A stretch of 64,000 nucleotides of DNA, from the NCBI RefSeq assembly GCF_009914755.1, contig NC_060934.1; one strand, written 5' to 3'. How positions within the stretch are numbered: position 1 is the stretch's first letter; every line of letters starts with the position of its first letter. Positions 1 to 16,413 of this stretch are shown here, piece by piece. The notes under the pieces are model-generated. The model ran no database searches, was not told where the DNA came from, and worked only from the letters and a program-made list of their open reading frames with translations. This DNA is from the human T2T-CHM13v2.0 reference genome, Homo sapiens. The position numbers were made by a program, and so were the translations under genes.

Positions 1-2512
1 ATCACAATAAAGTGAGTCACACAAGTCTTTTGGCTTCCCAGTGCATATAAAAGTTTTGCTTATACTACACTGTAGTCTGTTAAGTGTGCAATAGTGTTAT
101 GTCTAAAAAAACACATACCTTAATTTTAAAATGCTTTATTACTAAAAAATGCTAACAATCATTTGAGCATTCAGTGAGTTGTAATCTTTTTGCTGGTGGA
201 AGGTCTTCTTATTGATGACTGATCGGGGGTCAGGTGCTGAAGCTTAGGGTGGCTGTGGCAGTTTCTTAAAACAACAGTGAAGATTGCAATATCAGTTGAC
301 TCTTCCTTTCATGAAAGATTTCTCTCTAGTGTGTGATGCTTTTTGATAGCATTTTATGCACAGTAGAACTTCTTTGAAAATTGGAGTCAATCCTCTCAAA
401 CCCTGCTCTGCTTTAACAACCTAAGTTAATATAATATTCTGAATCCATTGTTGTCATTTCAACAATTTTCACAGTGTCTTCACCAGGAGTAGATTCCATC
501 TCATTTCCTGAGATGGAATCTTTGCTCATCCATAAGAAGAAATTCCTCATCTGTTCAAGTTTTATCATGAGATTGCAGCAATACAGTCATGTCTTCAGGC
601 CTCACTTCACTTTTAATTCCAGTTCTCTTGCTGTTTCTACCACATCTGTGGTTCCTTCCTCCATTGAAGTCTTGAACCTCTCCAAGTCATCCATGAGGGT
701 TGGAATCGACTTCTTCCAAATTCCTGTTAATATTTATATTTTGACCTCCCATGAATCATGAATGTTCTTAATGGCACCTGGAATGGTGAATCCTTTCCAA
801 AAGGTTTTCAATTTACTTAGTCCAGATCCATCCATCCAGAGGATCCACTTTCAATGCCAGTTATAGCCTTATGGAATGTATTTCTTCAATAATAAGGCTT
901 GAAAGTTGAAATTACTCCTTGATCCATTTTCTGCAAAATAGATGTTGTGTTAGCAGGCATGAAAGCAACATTAATCTTTTTGTACATGTCCATCAGAGCT
1001 CTTGGGTGACCAGGTATATTGCCAGTGAGCAGTAATACTTTGAAAGGAATTATTTTTCTTAGCAGTAGGTCTCAACAATGGGCTTAAAATATTTGGTCCA
1101 CCATTCTGTAAACAGATGTGCTGTCATCTAAACTTTGTAGTTTCATTTATAGAGCACAGGCAGAGTAGATGTAGCATAATTCTTAAGGGACTTAGGATTT
1201 TCAGAATGGTAAATGAACATTGGCATCAATTTAAATCACTAGCTGTATTAGCCCCCAACAAGAGAGTCAGCCTATTTTTTGAAGCTTTGAAGCCAAGCGT
1301 CGACTTCTCCTCCCTGGTTACAAAAGTCCTAGATGGCATCTTCTTCCAATATAAGGCTGTTTTATCTACATTGAAAATCTGTTGTTTAGTGTAGCCACCT
1401 TCATCAATGATACTATCTAGATCTCTTGGATAACTTGTGCAGCTTCTACATCAGCATTTGCTACTTCACCTTGTACTCTTATGTAATGGAGTGGCATCTT
1501 TCCTCGTACCTCATGAACCAACCTCTGCTAGCTTCCAACTTTTCTTCTGTAGTTTCCTCGCCTCTCTCAGCCTTCATAGACTTGAGGATAGTTAGAGACT
1601 TGCTTTGGATTAGATTTTGGCTTCAGGAAATGTTGTGGCTGGTTTGATCTTCTATCCAGACCACTAAAACTTTATCCATATCAGCAATAAGGCTGTTTTG
1701 CTTTCTTATTATTTGTGTGTTCACTGGAGTAGCACTTTTAATTTGCTTCAAGATATATTTCTTTGCATTCACAACTTGGCTGACTGGTGCAAGAGGCCTA
1801 GCTTTCAGACTATCTTGGCTTTTGACATGCCTTCCTCACTAAGCTTAATCATTTCTAGCTTTTGATTTAAAATGAGAGATGTAGGCCAGGCACAGTGGCA
1901 GGCACAGTGGCATATGCCTGTAATTCCAACACATTAAGAGGCCAAGGCGGGAGGATTGCTTGAACCCAGGAGGTGGAGGTTGTAGAGATCACACCACTGC
2001 ATTCCGTCCTGGATGACAGAGCAAGACCCTTTCTCAAAATAAAATGAGAGGTGTGCTTCTTCTTTTTGTTTGAGCCCATAGAAGCCATAGTATGATTATT
2101 AATTGGCCTAATTTCAATACTGTTGTGTCTCAGAGAATAGGGAGGTCTGAAGAGAGGGAGAGAGGTGGGGGAATGGCTGGTCAGTGGAGCAGTCAGAACA
2201 CACATAACACTAATAAATTGTTTGCTGTCTTATATGGATGTGGTTTGTGATGCCCCCAAACAATTACAATAGTTACAGCAAATATCACTGATCACAGATC
2301 ACCATAACAGATATAAGAATCATGGAAAAGTTTGAAATATTTTGAGAATTAGCAAAGTGTGACACAGAGAAACAAAGTGAGCACATGCTGTTGGAAAAAA
2401 TTGGTGTTGATAGACTTGCTCCATGTAAGTTTGCCATACGCCTTCAATTTATAAAAAACACAATATCTAGGAAGTTCAATAAAGTGAAGTGCAATAAGAT
2501 GAAGTATGCCTG
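1..2512 (-). mobile_element. Tigger1 DNA transposon (TcMar-Tigger), near full length, decayed transposase; 3' end runs off the window start
   Basis: Minus strand starts CAGGCATACTTCATCTTATTGCACTTCACTTTATTG at 2512 next to a TA target (2513-2514). Matches recalled Tigger1 sequence (TCAAAAGCTAGAAATGATTAAGCTTAGTGAGGAAGGCATGTC). Transposase ATG at about 2088; frame disrupted. Confidence 0.92.
1884..2040 (+). mobile_element. Alu monomer (FRAM/FAM-like) inserted in Tigger1
   Basis: Single Alu arm; 15-bp TSD AAAATGAGAGATGTA (1869-1883) / AAAATGAGAGGTGTG (2041-2055). Confidence 0.85.
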
Positions 2513-2960
<448 letters not shown>

Positions 2961-2989
2961 CTTTACACTGTCAGTTACCTTCTAAAGAG

Positions 2990-5526
<2,537 letters not shown>

Positions 5527-5549
5527 TCAGCTGTTCTCTTTTTACCTGC

Positions 5550-5913
5550 TGGGATGGCTAGTTTTCTGTGTCAACTTGACTGGGCCATGGGATGTCCAGA
5601 TATGTAATTAAACAGTATTTCTGGGTGTTTCTGTGAGGGTGTCTTCAGAAGAGATTTGCATTTGAATTGGTGAACTAAGTAAAGCAGAGGGCCCTGTCTA
5701 GTAGGGGTAGGCATCATCCAGTCTGTTGAGGACTTGAATAGAACAAAAGGCAGGGGAAGGTTGGAATTGCCCCCTCTCTGCTTGAGCTGAGACATCTATC
5801 CTGCCCTTGGCACTCCTGGTTCTCAGGGGTTCAGACCTGGATTCCTGGGTCTCCACCTTGCCCATGGCAGACTGTGGGACTTCTCAGCCTCCTATCTAAT
5901 TAATAAATCTCTT

Positions 5914-5948
<35 letters not shown>

Positions 5949-5991
5949 CCTATGTATCCTTCTGTTTCTCTGCAGAACCATATCTAATACA
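5550..5991 (+). mobile_element. MLT2 (ERVL) solo LTR with internal (CA)n
   Basis: TG...GTGTCAACTTGACTGGGCC...CTAATACA; perfect 5-bp TSD CCTGC (5545-5549, 5992-5996). Confidence 0.88.
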
Positions 5992-6589
5992 CCTGCTTTT
6001 ATGACGATTACCTATCGATTCTGTATTCTGCCAAAACTGAAAACAGTTCATTTTTCCATCTCTTCTCAGAGAGGCTTGTCAGCCATTAGTTCTCTGATGG
6101 GCTCAAGAAGTTATACAGTTTTTTTTTTCTCACTGTTAGGATGGAATTGATATTCTGTTGAAACTTTCTATACCTAAGTGGAAACTTGTTTTGAGGTTAT
6201 TTTCTCTACTTACTTTTGCTAGAAATGGAACACTCTGTATCTAGTTAAGACACATAAACTGACTTGTGATACCATAATGTTGTGTTGAATTTTATATTCT
6301 TAGAAAATCATCTGTCAAGGTGTTAACTAATGGCAAAGCATTTAATAAATCAGCATTCATGTATTCAGGTGCTCTGAATTATCTGACTTTTAAATTCTTA
6401 CTTTATAAATGAGAAAATTGGGGCATGGAAAAGTTAACTCTCCTAACCCCGAATTATTACATTATTAAGGACAGGACTTAGAGGCCAGATATCTTAAGTC
6501 ATTAATATTCTTTGGCTCACAGAATTGGCAGTATAACCTAAAGGTAATAACTAAGTGATTTTCTTTTATATCAATTAAATATGTCAGTT

Positions 6590-7340
6590 TTCAAATATTC
6601 ATAAGTACCTACTGTGCAGGGAAAGAACATGCCATACAAAAGATGTAGTCCAGGCCTTTAAGAAACTTTCATTTAATGGGAACTCAAGAAGTGTACATAT
6701 AAGGAGGGAAGTAGCAGTATGGTACAAGATAATACATACATATCAGTGAATGATATTGCCAAAAAGTGCTATTGATAGAGCAATAATTCATTTCTGCAAA
6801 CAGCTGCTGATCTCCTACTGAAAACAGAGGAGGGAGAACAGGACGCCTCGTGGTCAGGATAGAAGAGAAAGACCTTGAGTTGAGCCTTGAACAGTATTTA
6901 ATATTCAAAAGGTTAAGAGAGGAGAGCAATTGAGGAGGGGAGAATAGTTCCAGCACAAATGATGGTGTACAAGATGAACACAGTCAGTAAAGAGCAGACT
7001 GGTCTGGATGGAGAGGAGGATTTGCATCATTTGGGATTACGTCATTTAGACCCTTGAAAGCCAGGATTGAGTAAAGCCACAGTGAAGCGACTGGCTCGTA
7101 TGGAAGCTTTATTTTAAGAAGATTAATCTGGTAGTGACATGTGCCAAAAACTGAATAGGTAGAAATGAGATGCAGAGAGCCCAGTTAGAACTAAGTCTGG
7201 TGCAGTAATGCAGGATTGAGGCAATAAACACCAAACTACAGTATCACCAGATAATGGATGTTTGAACGGACGGTTTAAAGGAAAATTGATGGTATTTGGT
7301 AATTTATTAGATAATCCAGGGCCATGGAATGAGAGGGGAA
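6590..7340 (-). mobile_element. L2 fragments
   Basis: Degenerate antisense L2 3' motifs (AAATATTCATAAGTACCTACTGTGC, GACCTTGAGTTGAGCCTTGAA). Confidence 0.45.
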
Positions 7341-7649
7341 AATGACTAACCATAGTCATCAAATGGTTTTTCTTAATGAATCTGAATTTTGGTGTAAGAG
7401 CAACATTTTCTTAGGCCTTGCCTAGTTGGTACAGCTGACTATGATAATGACTGCTACCATGCTTGTTCCTCTTTTAGCAGCTGTGAGTCCCCCACCAGCC
7501 AAACAATGAGCCTCTTGAAAAGGATGATGCCTTTTCACTTCTCTCCAAGTGCTTGGCAAATAGGAGGCCTTTTGAAGTTACTTTATAGTTAGGGGTTCCC
7601 AGTGAGTATTTGAAATATTAAGTCATGCCCGTGGTTGACAGCATGGCCC

Positions 7650-7800
7650 TACTGCTCATCATCAGCTATTAACCTTAGGCAAGTTAATGAACTTTTCTAA
7701 GCCCCAGTCTACTCATTTATAAAGTGGGATTATTAATAATGTCTACTTCATAAAATTATGAAGCCTGAGTTAGGTCATTCAGATAGTGTTTAGTCTGATT
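7650..7800 (+). mobile_element. MIR
   Basis: MIR core ACCTTAGGCAAGTTAATGAACTTTTCTAAGCCCCAGT...TAAAGTGGGATT. Confidence 0.65.
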
Positions 7801-8141
7801 CTTCGAACCTAGTAAACAGTCAGTAAACAGAAGCAAATGCCACATGCCTGATTTATATCCAAGGGGAGAAAGGTAAAAGTGAAATTTTCATGATTTATGG
7901 ATTCAAATTATACATTTCAAAGATGCTTTATAAGCTATTGTTTTGGTAAGAAGAATTGAGCTGAAACAGAATTTTCTGACAGCAGTGATTATTAAATGGT
8001 GAAATAGGCTATTGATGTCTTTAGAGGATATAGATGTTCACCTTTTGCATATAAGTGCACAAAAATTCACTAAGTAGATATGTCTGTCTACACAGAGAGA
8101 GAGAGCGTGAGAGCATTAAAGTTAGTAAACATCCCCCTCGC

Positions 8142-8427
8142 TTTTTTTTTTTTGAGACAGGGTCTTACTCTGTTGCCTAGGCTGGAGTGCAGTGGTGCAA
8201 TCGTGGCTCACTGCAGTCTCAACATCCTGGGCTCAAGCGATCCTCTCGCTCAGCCTCCTGAGTAGCTGAGGTGTGCACCACCACACCCGGCTAATTTTTA
8301 AATTTTTTTATTGTAAAGGTGAGGTTTCACCATGTTGCCCAGGTCTCAAACTCCTGAGCTCAAGCAATCTGCTCACTTCAGCCTCCAAAAATGCTGGGAT
8401 TACAGGCGTGAGCCACCACGCCTGGCC
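8142..8427 (-). mobile_element. Alu (AluJ-like)
   Basis: Reverse Alu dimer with J-type GGGCTCAAGCGATCC. Confidence 0.93.
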
Positions 8428-8439
8428 AGTAAACCCCAT

Positions 8440-8600
8440 TCATTTACATCATCTTACTTGTCCCTCCAACAATCCTGCAAAGTAGGTAGGTTCTGTCTTT
8501 ATTTGTTATTTAGGTGAAGAACTTGAAGTGGTGTTGAGGAATAGGTGTTTTGCCAAGAGTCACGCAGCTGGAGTGGCAGAGCTGTATACTCTTCTGATTC
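8440..8600 (-). mobile_element. MIR
   Basis: ACAATCCTGCAAAGTAGGTA...TTGCCAAGAGTCACGCAGCTGGAGTGGCAGAGCTG. Confidence 0.55.
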
Positions 8601-9224
8601 CACCAACGCTGTTTACATCACATCTGGAGAAAAGTGCTCTGAGGCACAGATGTTTAGTGGGAGGGATGAGACACAGGCTGCAATGCCTAAAGATAATCGG
8701 GAATAAAAGCAGAAAACAAGACGTTTGTTTCTGTTAAAATGAGACAGAAAATAAGGCGTTTGTTGTTTGGGATTGAGCACTTGGAGAAGTGGGGAGCGAT
8801 TTGATTTGGGTGAGACTGCTCCTGGAATGCTGCATCTGGTTCTGGACTACTCATTACTAGGCTTATAGAAACTAGCTGGAGGAGGTTCAAAGAAAAGCTC
8901 CAAAATGATTAGCGGGCTGACGGGATTGATTTATAAGAAATATTAAAAGAATTAAATGTGTATAGCTCAGCTAAGCAAAGATGAAAGAGACCAGCTAAAT
9001 GTATACAAATATCTGAAACGTGCAAACTTTAAAAAGAGAGATTAATTATTTAACATGATACACGGGGGCACAATATGCAGTCACAGGATGAAAATTTCAG
9101 CTGAGTATCTAGAAGAATTCCCCGATAGTGAATCTGTTAAGGCTGTCTGTAGTGTGGCCTTTCCCTGGAGAGGCAATAGAAATTTCAAGTCTTACGATTT
9201 TAAAAGTTTCTTGGGAACTAGGTA

Positions 9225-9785
9225 TTAGATGATGTTAGAGAATTATTATTAATTTGGTCAGGTATGATAATGGTATTGTAGTTCTATAAGAAAAATTGTA
9301 TTTTTTAGAGTTACATACCCTGAAATATAAGCATAGAATATGATGTAGGAGATTTGCTTTAAAATACCACAGTAAGGAAAGAAAGGAAGGAGGAAGAAAA
9401 GAAAGGAAGGGGAAGAAAGGGAAAAAGAGGCAAAGAAGGAAGAGAAGGTAAGAGAAAGAAAAAGAATGAAGGAAGAAGGCTGGGCACTGTGGCTCATGCC
9501 TATAATCCCAGCATTTAGGAGGCCAAGTTGGGAGGATCACTTAATTAAGCCCAGGAGTTCAAGGCTGCAGTGAGCTGTGATTGCGCCACTGCACTCCAGC
9601 CTGGGTGGCAGAGTGAAGCCCTGTCTCTAAAAAAAAAAAATAAGTTAAAAAGAAAGAAAAGGATAGATGAAGTATGGCAAGATGTTGGTAATGTTGAACC
9701 TGAAGGAAGTTAATATGTGAGTTCACTTTCCTCTTCAGTCTTCTTTATGTATGTTTGCCAACTTTCATAATAAACAATTTAAATT
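9225..9785 (+). mobile_element. L1ME-type 3' end fragment, interrupted by a GA-rich tract and an Alu monomer
   Basis: GGTATGATAATGGTATTGTAGTT...GATTTGCTTTAAAATA...ATGGCAAGATGTTGGTAATGTTGAA...TTTCATAATAAA. Confidence 0.55.
9478..9641 (+). mobile_element. Alu monomer (FRAM/FAM-like)
   Basis: One arm, GGCTGGGCACTGTGGCTCATG...CCCTGTCTCT, plus A tail. Confidence 0.85.
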
Positions 9786-10198
9786 ATATTTTCCTGATCA
9801 AAACTTAGTAGCGGTATTAATCCCTGGGCTTCCTGACTAGAACAGCCTCATTACCACATGGGCAGAGTTCTGGCCGACCAGGGACCACGTAGTGGTTCAC
9901 CATCTTGCTCTGGTAATGTGGTCTGGGCTGAAGGGCCCTTTCTAAGGTTGTAGATAGAAATCCAGGAAACTTGTTAGAACTGCAGACCTATCAGGGTACC
10001 TGCAGGAGGTGAGTCTACTAAGGTGAAAAAGCAGAGGGCAGAGGTCGTGATTAGCAGCTGACCCCCCCCTGCTTTTCTGTCCCTCATTCGTGGAAAATTG
10101 AGTGGAGCTCAATTTTGAGTGGAGCTCTAAGTAGCTCCACTTGTAGACATTGAGTGGAGCTCTAAGTGTCTTCAGAATAGCAAAACACTAGTTTTCTT

Positions 10199-10502
10199 TT
10201 TCTTTTCTTTTTTTTTTTTTTGGAGACAGAGTCTTGGTCTGTCGCCCAGGCTGGAGTGCAATGGCGCGATCTCCGCTCACTGAACTCTGCCTCCCGGGTT
10301 CAAGCGACTCTCCTGCCTCAGCCTCCCGAGTAGCTGGGATTACAGGTGCCCACCACCACGCCCAGCTAATTTTCCTATTTTTAGTAGAGATGAGGTTTCA
10401 CCGTGTTGGCCAGGCTGGTCTCAAACTCCTGGCCTCAAGTGATCCGCCTGCCTTGGCCTCCCAAAGTCCTGGGATTACAGGTGTGAGCCACCACACCCAG
10501 CT
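10199..10502 (-). mobile_element. Alu (AluS-like)
   Basis: Reverse Alu; TSD GCAAAACACTAGTTTTCTT / GCAAAACCCTATTTTTCTT. Confidence 0.95.
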
Positions 10503-11300
10503 GCAAAACCCTATTTTTCTTGAATGGAGAAACACTTTCCCCTTATTTATTGAGTTTGGGAAGCAAGAAGAGGGGTAATTCATTAAGTGAAAATTTCCAA
10601 AATCCAGAAAACATCGATAAAGCAGCAGCTTAATTTTTTTAAGGAAGAATTTTTTAAACTATCTTCTTTTGAGCCTCTTTAGGAAGACCTCACGTCCTTG
10701 CCTTGAATGTTGAGAGTGGGAAATCCAGGGAGGTTTTGGAATGCATGCCTTATGTCTGCTTTTTTGTTTGTTAGAGAAATATAAATATTTTATCTAGGTT
10801 TTGCTGATGGCAGTCAAGCATGAACACAACCCACTGTTTGAGAAGCTGTAATTTCTGAATTTCTGCAGAGTGCACATCTAGGCCAGCAAATGGCAGTAAG
10901 AGTGAGGTGGATTTAGCTCAGTGTAAGGATGAACTCCAGAACCATCGGCTCTGACTGAAAGTGAAGCGGCAGCCGCGTTGTGGGAAAGCTGGCTGGAGTC
11001 TCTCTCATAAGCAGGCTTTCTTTTTCTCCAGCCCGTCACTGTGTTGGTTTGGGCCCACGGTAAGCCTCCTGGCCTCTAGGCTGTAACCCCCACCATCCTC
11101 CTCTGCCTCGCCTCCAGAGTGATTGTTCTGAAGCACAACTGGATGTCATTCCCCTTCCTGAACTCCTAGCACCTACAGGGACTCCATCCCTTGTGCCCCA
11201 CATACCTCACACGTAGACATTCCTAATGAAGATTTGATTGAATTATTGTAAACTCAGTGCCTCCCACTCTTCTAGTTGCCTCTCTGCCTGCCTTTGTACA

Positions 11301-11750
<450 letters not shown>

Positions 11751-13242
11751 TGAAATAAACCTCTGGAGCTGTGATATTACAAACGTGAAAAGATGACGAG
11801 CACTCAGCAACTTTCAGTGAGTAAACAAAGGCTTTCATTCAGCATGTATTTATTGACTGCCCTGACTCTGGGCTGCCTTCCTGTCTGTGGTTCAAGGAGA
11901 GCATAGTCTACAGAACCAGAGACCTGGCTACTCTGGAAGTTAGACTTAAGCCCACCCCGGTCCTTGAATGGGGAAATATTTCCCTTCATTCCTGTGTTTT
12001 AGGGACAGAAAGATGAGTAATGCAGTGATACATGCTGGAAATGTTTATTCCACTACCCGAAGCTGCCTCTCAACTTAACAATCCATGAAAGAAACAAGAT
12101 GGTATATAACTTTTTCTAATTTGTGATGCCTTTGTTTATTTGTTTCCGGTTAAAAGAGGAGGTGGCATTGAATTGTTTGTTTGGTTTGGTTTCTTCTTCA
12201 GTAAGAAGCATCTTAATATAACTAGACTGGACATCTGTCCCATTTTCAAAAATTACAAGTTTCGATCATTGCTAAATTGTACAGATCCCAATCTGTCTGC
12301 TCTGCATACATTTGCATTTATAAAAGCAGAAGCAGACTAGCAGTCTTTCTAATGCAATCCCCCAAATGCATGAAGTATTAGATTGCTTCTCCCTATTGGT
12401 TCATGCATTGCTAAAGGCTTAAAAGGATCATTGATTTTAATTATTTAATGTGTACAGCAGGCTGAGCTTCCTTTCTTTTTTAAGGGAAGAACCTTCAGGG
12501 GCATTGCTTTAGTTTTTTAATGTTAAATCTCATTTTTCTTTGAAAATAAGAAGTTAAAGCTGTATTCACACAAGCTCTCAAAGTGCCAGATTTTCATTGT
12601 GTTTTTAAACCATCTAGGAAATGTTTGATTCTAATGAAACATTACTGCTGAAAATTGGGCTGAAATTGCTGGGCTGAAAATATTGTTATAACTTCACATG
12701 ATTCCAGTGTTGTATTATTATTTTTTCTTTTTCTTTTTTTGACCGGATATAGATGAAGCGAAGAGACAAGGAGCAATCCAATGTGTAATAAAAAAAGGCA
12801 GCCTGAATTGTTGTTGCTGTTTTTGAAATTTAAGCTGGTTTTCAATTAAATTCAGTAAATGGTCCAGGACTATAAATGTTGAACATTTTTTACCGTGTAA
12901 TTTAAATTTTAGTCTTATTGTTTTTTTTTTTTTTGATGGTTTACATTTTCCCCATGGAAAGCAGCTATGTCATGTCGGCATGATTCATCATGGTAACATC
13001 TCGGGTTATTTTGGTTTGTGTTATGTTCAGAAAGCGGAATGCCAAAAATAAAGAGTGGTTTGTGATGTCTAGTGTGTCTTCCTTTAACAAATCAAAGGCT
13101 TTTATTTAATCCACTTAATGGGACACTGCAGAAATTTAAAAAATGGAAGTCCCATCCACAGAAGGCAGGTACTATGATGTAAAAAGTTTAGGTGGGGGAT
13201 TAATAGAGTGATCATATAATTTATGAGCTAAACCGGAGGCAC

Positions 13243-13532
<290 letters not shown>

Positions 13533-14460
13533 CAGAGACACTTTTGAGAGTGAAGAGGAAGCTGAGAATAATTCACTGATCTACAACTGGGACCATCCAG
13601 GGCAAGCCAGATGCCATTACCACTAGCTAGAAAGCTTGCCAAGGTCTCATTTACCTTGGTATATAGCAAATTCTTCTTTGAATTCTGGAAATTCTGGTAA
13701 GTCATTGAGGTAGCTCTGTGCCAAGGAGCAATATGGTAGAATTCTAATATTTCAGGCAGTACAACACTTTCCTGCATTTGTAGCAGGTAAAGGGAGGTCA
13801 GGGCAGAAGACAAAACCACTGGGACTCGACAAAGGGCATAAACGTCTAATGCACCTGATGTAGCTGATGGTAAATTGTTATCAGCTAAAGATCTTTCATA
13901 ATAAATAAACTTATCATTTGTAGGAGGGCACAGAAATCGTGGAAAGCTGGGATTCAGGTTGCCTGTGGCTTTAATTCTGGAATCAGAAATATTAGTCAAG
14001 GATATCAGTCTATGAAGTAAGTTTTCAATGTTATATGCCACAAGATGCAGCTGTCCTATTTTCACTTCCAGTAATTCCTTCTGAATTAATACACCTTAAA
14101 AATAGCTGCAGCTTCTCAAATCTGTGAGAATCGTATGTGCTGCTTGCTACACTTTCCTTTTTCCTGAAGGCCTCTTTGAGGTCTTTCAAGAACTCAATTC
14201 AATTCAGCAACAATTAGGGGGTCTAAGGTATACAGACACTGTGCAAGATGCTCCTGAGACACAAAGAGGAGGTCAAGCCCCTGCCTTCAGGCACCTCTCT
14301 ATAATATAGGAGGAGAAAGAGAAGAAACACTAATACACATAGGTAGGTGCCATTAAAAGGGTACATACATTAAAGCCAGGTGGTAGGTGTAAGAAGATTT
14401 GTAACATGAGAATTTTCTGCATGTTTGAAATATCTTATAATTTTTAAAAATTAAAATGGG

Positions 14461-15046
14461 AGATACATATATATGTATTTATGTATGTATATATGTATGT
14501 ACATATACACACATATATACATAAATATATACATAAATATGTATATATGTGTATATAGACATAAATATGTATATATGTGTATATATACATAAATATGTAT
14601 ATATGTGTATATAGACATAAATATGTATATATGTGTATATAGACATAAATATGTATATATGTGTATATAGACATAAATATGTATATGTGTATATAGACAT
14701 AAATATGTATATATGTGTATATAGACATAAATATGTATATATGTGTATATAGACATAAATATGTATATATGTGTATATAGACATAAATATGTATATATGT
14801 GTATATAGACATAAATATGTATATATGTGTATATAGACATAAATATGTATATATGTGTATATAGACATAAATATGTATATATGTGTATATAGACATAAAT
14901 ATGTATATATGTGTATATAGACATAAATATGTATATGTGTGTATATAGACATAAATATGTATATATGTGTGTATATAGACATAAATATGTATATATGTGT
15001 GTATATAATAATGTGTGTACATATACACACATATATACATACATAA
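14461..15046. repeat. AT-rich minisatellite, about 17 copies of a 28-bp unit (ATAAATATGTATATATGTGTATATAGAC)
   Basis: Units read directly from 14533 to about 15006, with 26- and 30-bp variants and TA/CA-rich flanks. Confidence 0.97.
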
Positions 15047-15979
15047 ACATTCTGCATTATACCATTCACTTTGTAACCCATCTTCCCTAAAAACTGTCTC
15101 ATAAAGAGTCTTCTTTTCCCTGTACCTATGCAATGGTAAGTAGCAAAACACACATTCTTTTGGGTCCCCATAACATTCCCTGTAGTTTGCCCTTAACAGT
15201 CTTTGATGTGAAATTTACTGTTTCTGTCTTAACCTTGCCTGTCTCGCGTACATGGAGTTTTGGCTCCTGGCTCCTAGTCTGCATCTTCACCCCATCCCTT
15301 GCCCAAAGAATCTGGTTATGTGACCACTGCTCATCTTTTCTGCTGCCACAACTCCAGTCCAAGCCACAAACCTCTCTCTCCTGGACTCCTGCGGGGAGTT
15401 CCTTTCTCTCCCTGCATGAGTCTATTCTCCGCACAACTGGCAGAGGTAAGTGAGACTGCGGAAGAGGCAAGTTTGCAAGTCCAGAGGAAATGAAGACTCT
15501 GCTTGTGCACATGCTGGGTTTGACGGGTGCTGGATATCCGATGGATGGCCCTTAAGGTGAGCTCAAGGCTTAAGGGAGAGATAGGGGCTGATGATCTGAG
15601 ATTCATCAGTGTGTGGCTGATGTTTAAACCCAGGGGACAGGATAAGAAGGTTATTCCAGGGAGAGCGTAGATAAAGAAGCTAAATGGCTTCTGGGTCCTT
15701 AGTCATTCAAAATCGGACCTCTGAGGCAGGAGGAAAGCCCAGAAAGAGTAGATTCCTGGGACTCACGGGATAAAGACTTTCAAAAAGTGGGGGCTGGCCA
15801 GTGCTGCTGAAGGAAGTAGCAGGACCGGAACAGAAGGGTAATCGTTGGACCTGGAGAACTTGAATTTGAATTTTAAGGTTGGTAACCTTAAAAAAGAGCA
15901 ATTTTAGATACCTTTTGAAATTATTTGCAAGATTTGTTTGGTATATGTGTTATTCCAGGCAAAGGGACCAGAAAAGTAA

Positions 15980-16196
15980 AAAATACTTACTGAACAGTTA
16001 CTGCATGCCTGGCACTGTAACACCCTGTTTAATTCTCACGGCAACCCTATAGAGTAGGTGTCATCATCCCCATCTTACAGATGAGGATATGAGGTGCAGC
16101 TAGATTAAGCAGTTTGCCTCAGGTTACACCAACTGGTTAACGTAGAGCTAGGATTTGAACCTGGATGGGCTGATCCCAGAGCTCATGCTTTAAATC
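15980..16196 (-). mobile_element. MIR
   Basis: CCCCATCTTACAGATGAGGATATGAGG...TTTGCCTCAGGTTACAC...AGAGCTAGGATTTGAACC. Confidence 0.8.
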
Positions 16197-16413
16197 GCTA
16201 GACTGGTGCTCACAGAAGACTGGGACCGAAAAAAATTAATAAAAAAAATAAGGAGCCCCCTGGGCTAGCAAATTAGGAGTTGTTCAGACAGATGTGAAAA
16301 GGAAAGCAAGGCAGAGGGAAAGTCACTGTACAGAAGAGAGAGACCCATGACAGCAGAGACAGTGAGCTGGTAAAGTGGCTGGCGATCTAGCCCCTGAAAA
16401 TACCTCCAGAGAG

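Noticed and set aside
474-1647. Plus-strand ORFs within Tigger1
   Set aside because: Antisense to the decayed transposase.
14533-15006. 28-bp repeat array as a CRISPR-like locus
   Set aside because: Units are head-to-tail with no unique spacers, there are no cas genes, and the context is primate DNA.
14444-15171. Three long minus-strand ORFs (199-235 aa) rich in Y/I/H/T
   Set aside because: They are translations of the 28-bp minisatellite, not a gene.
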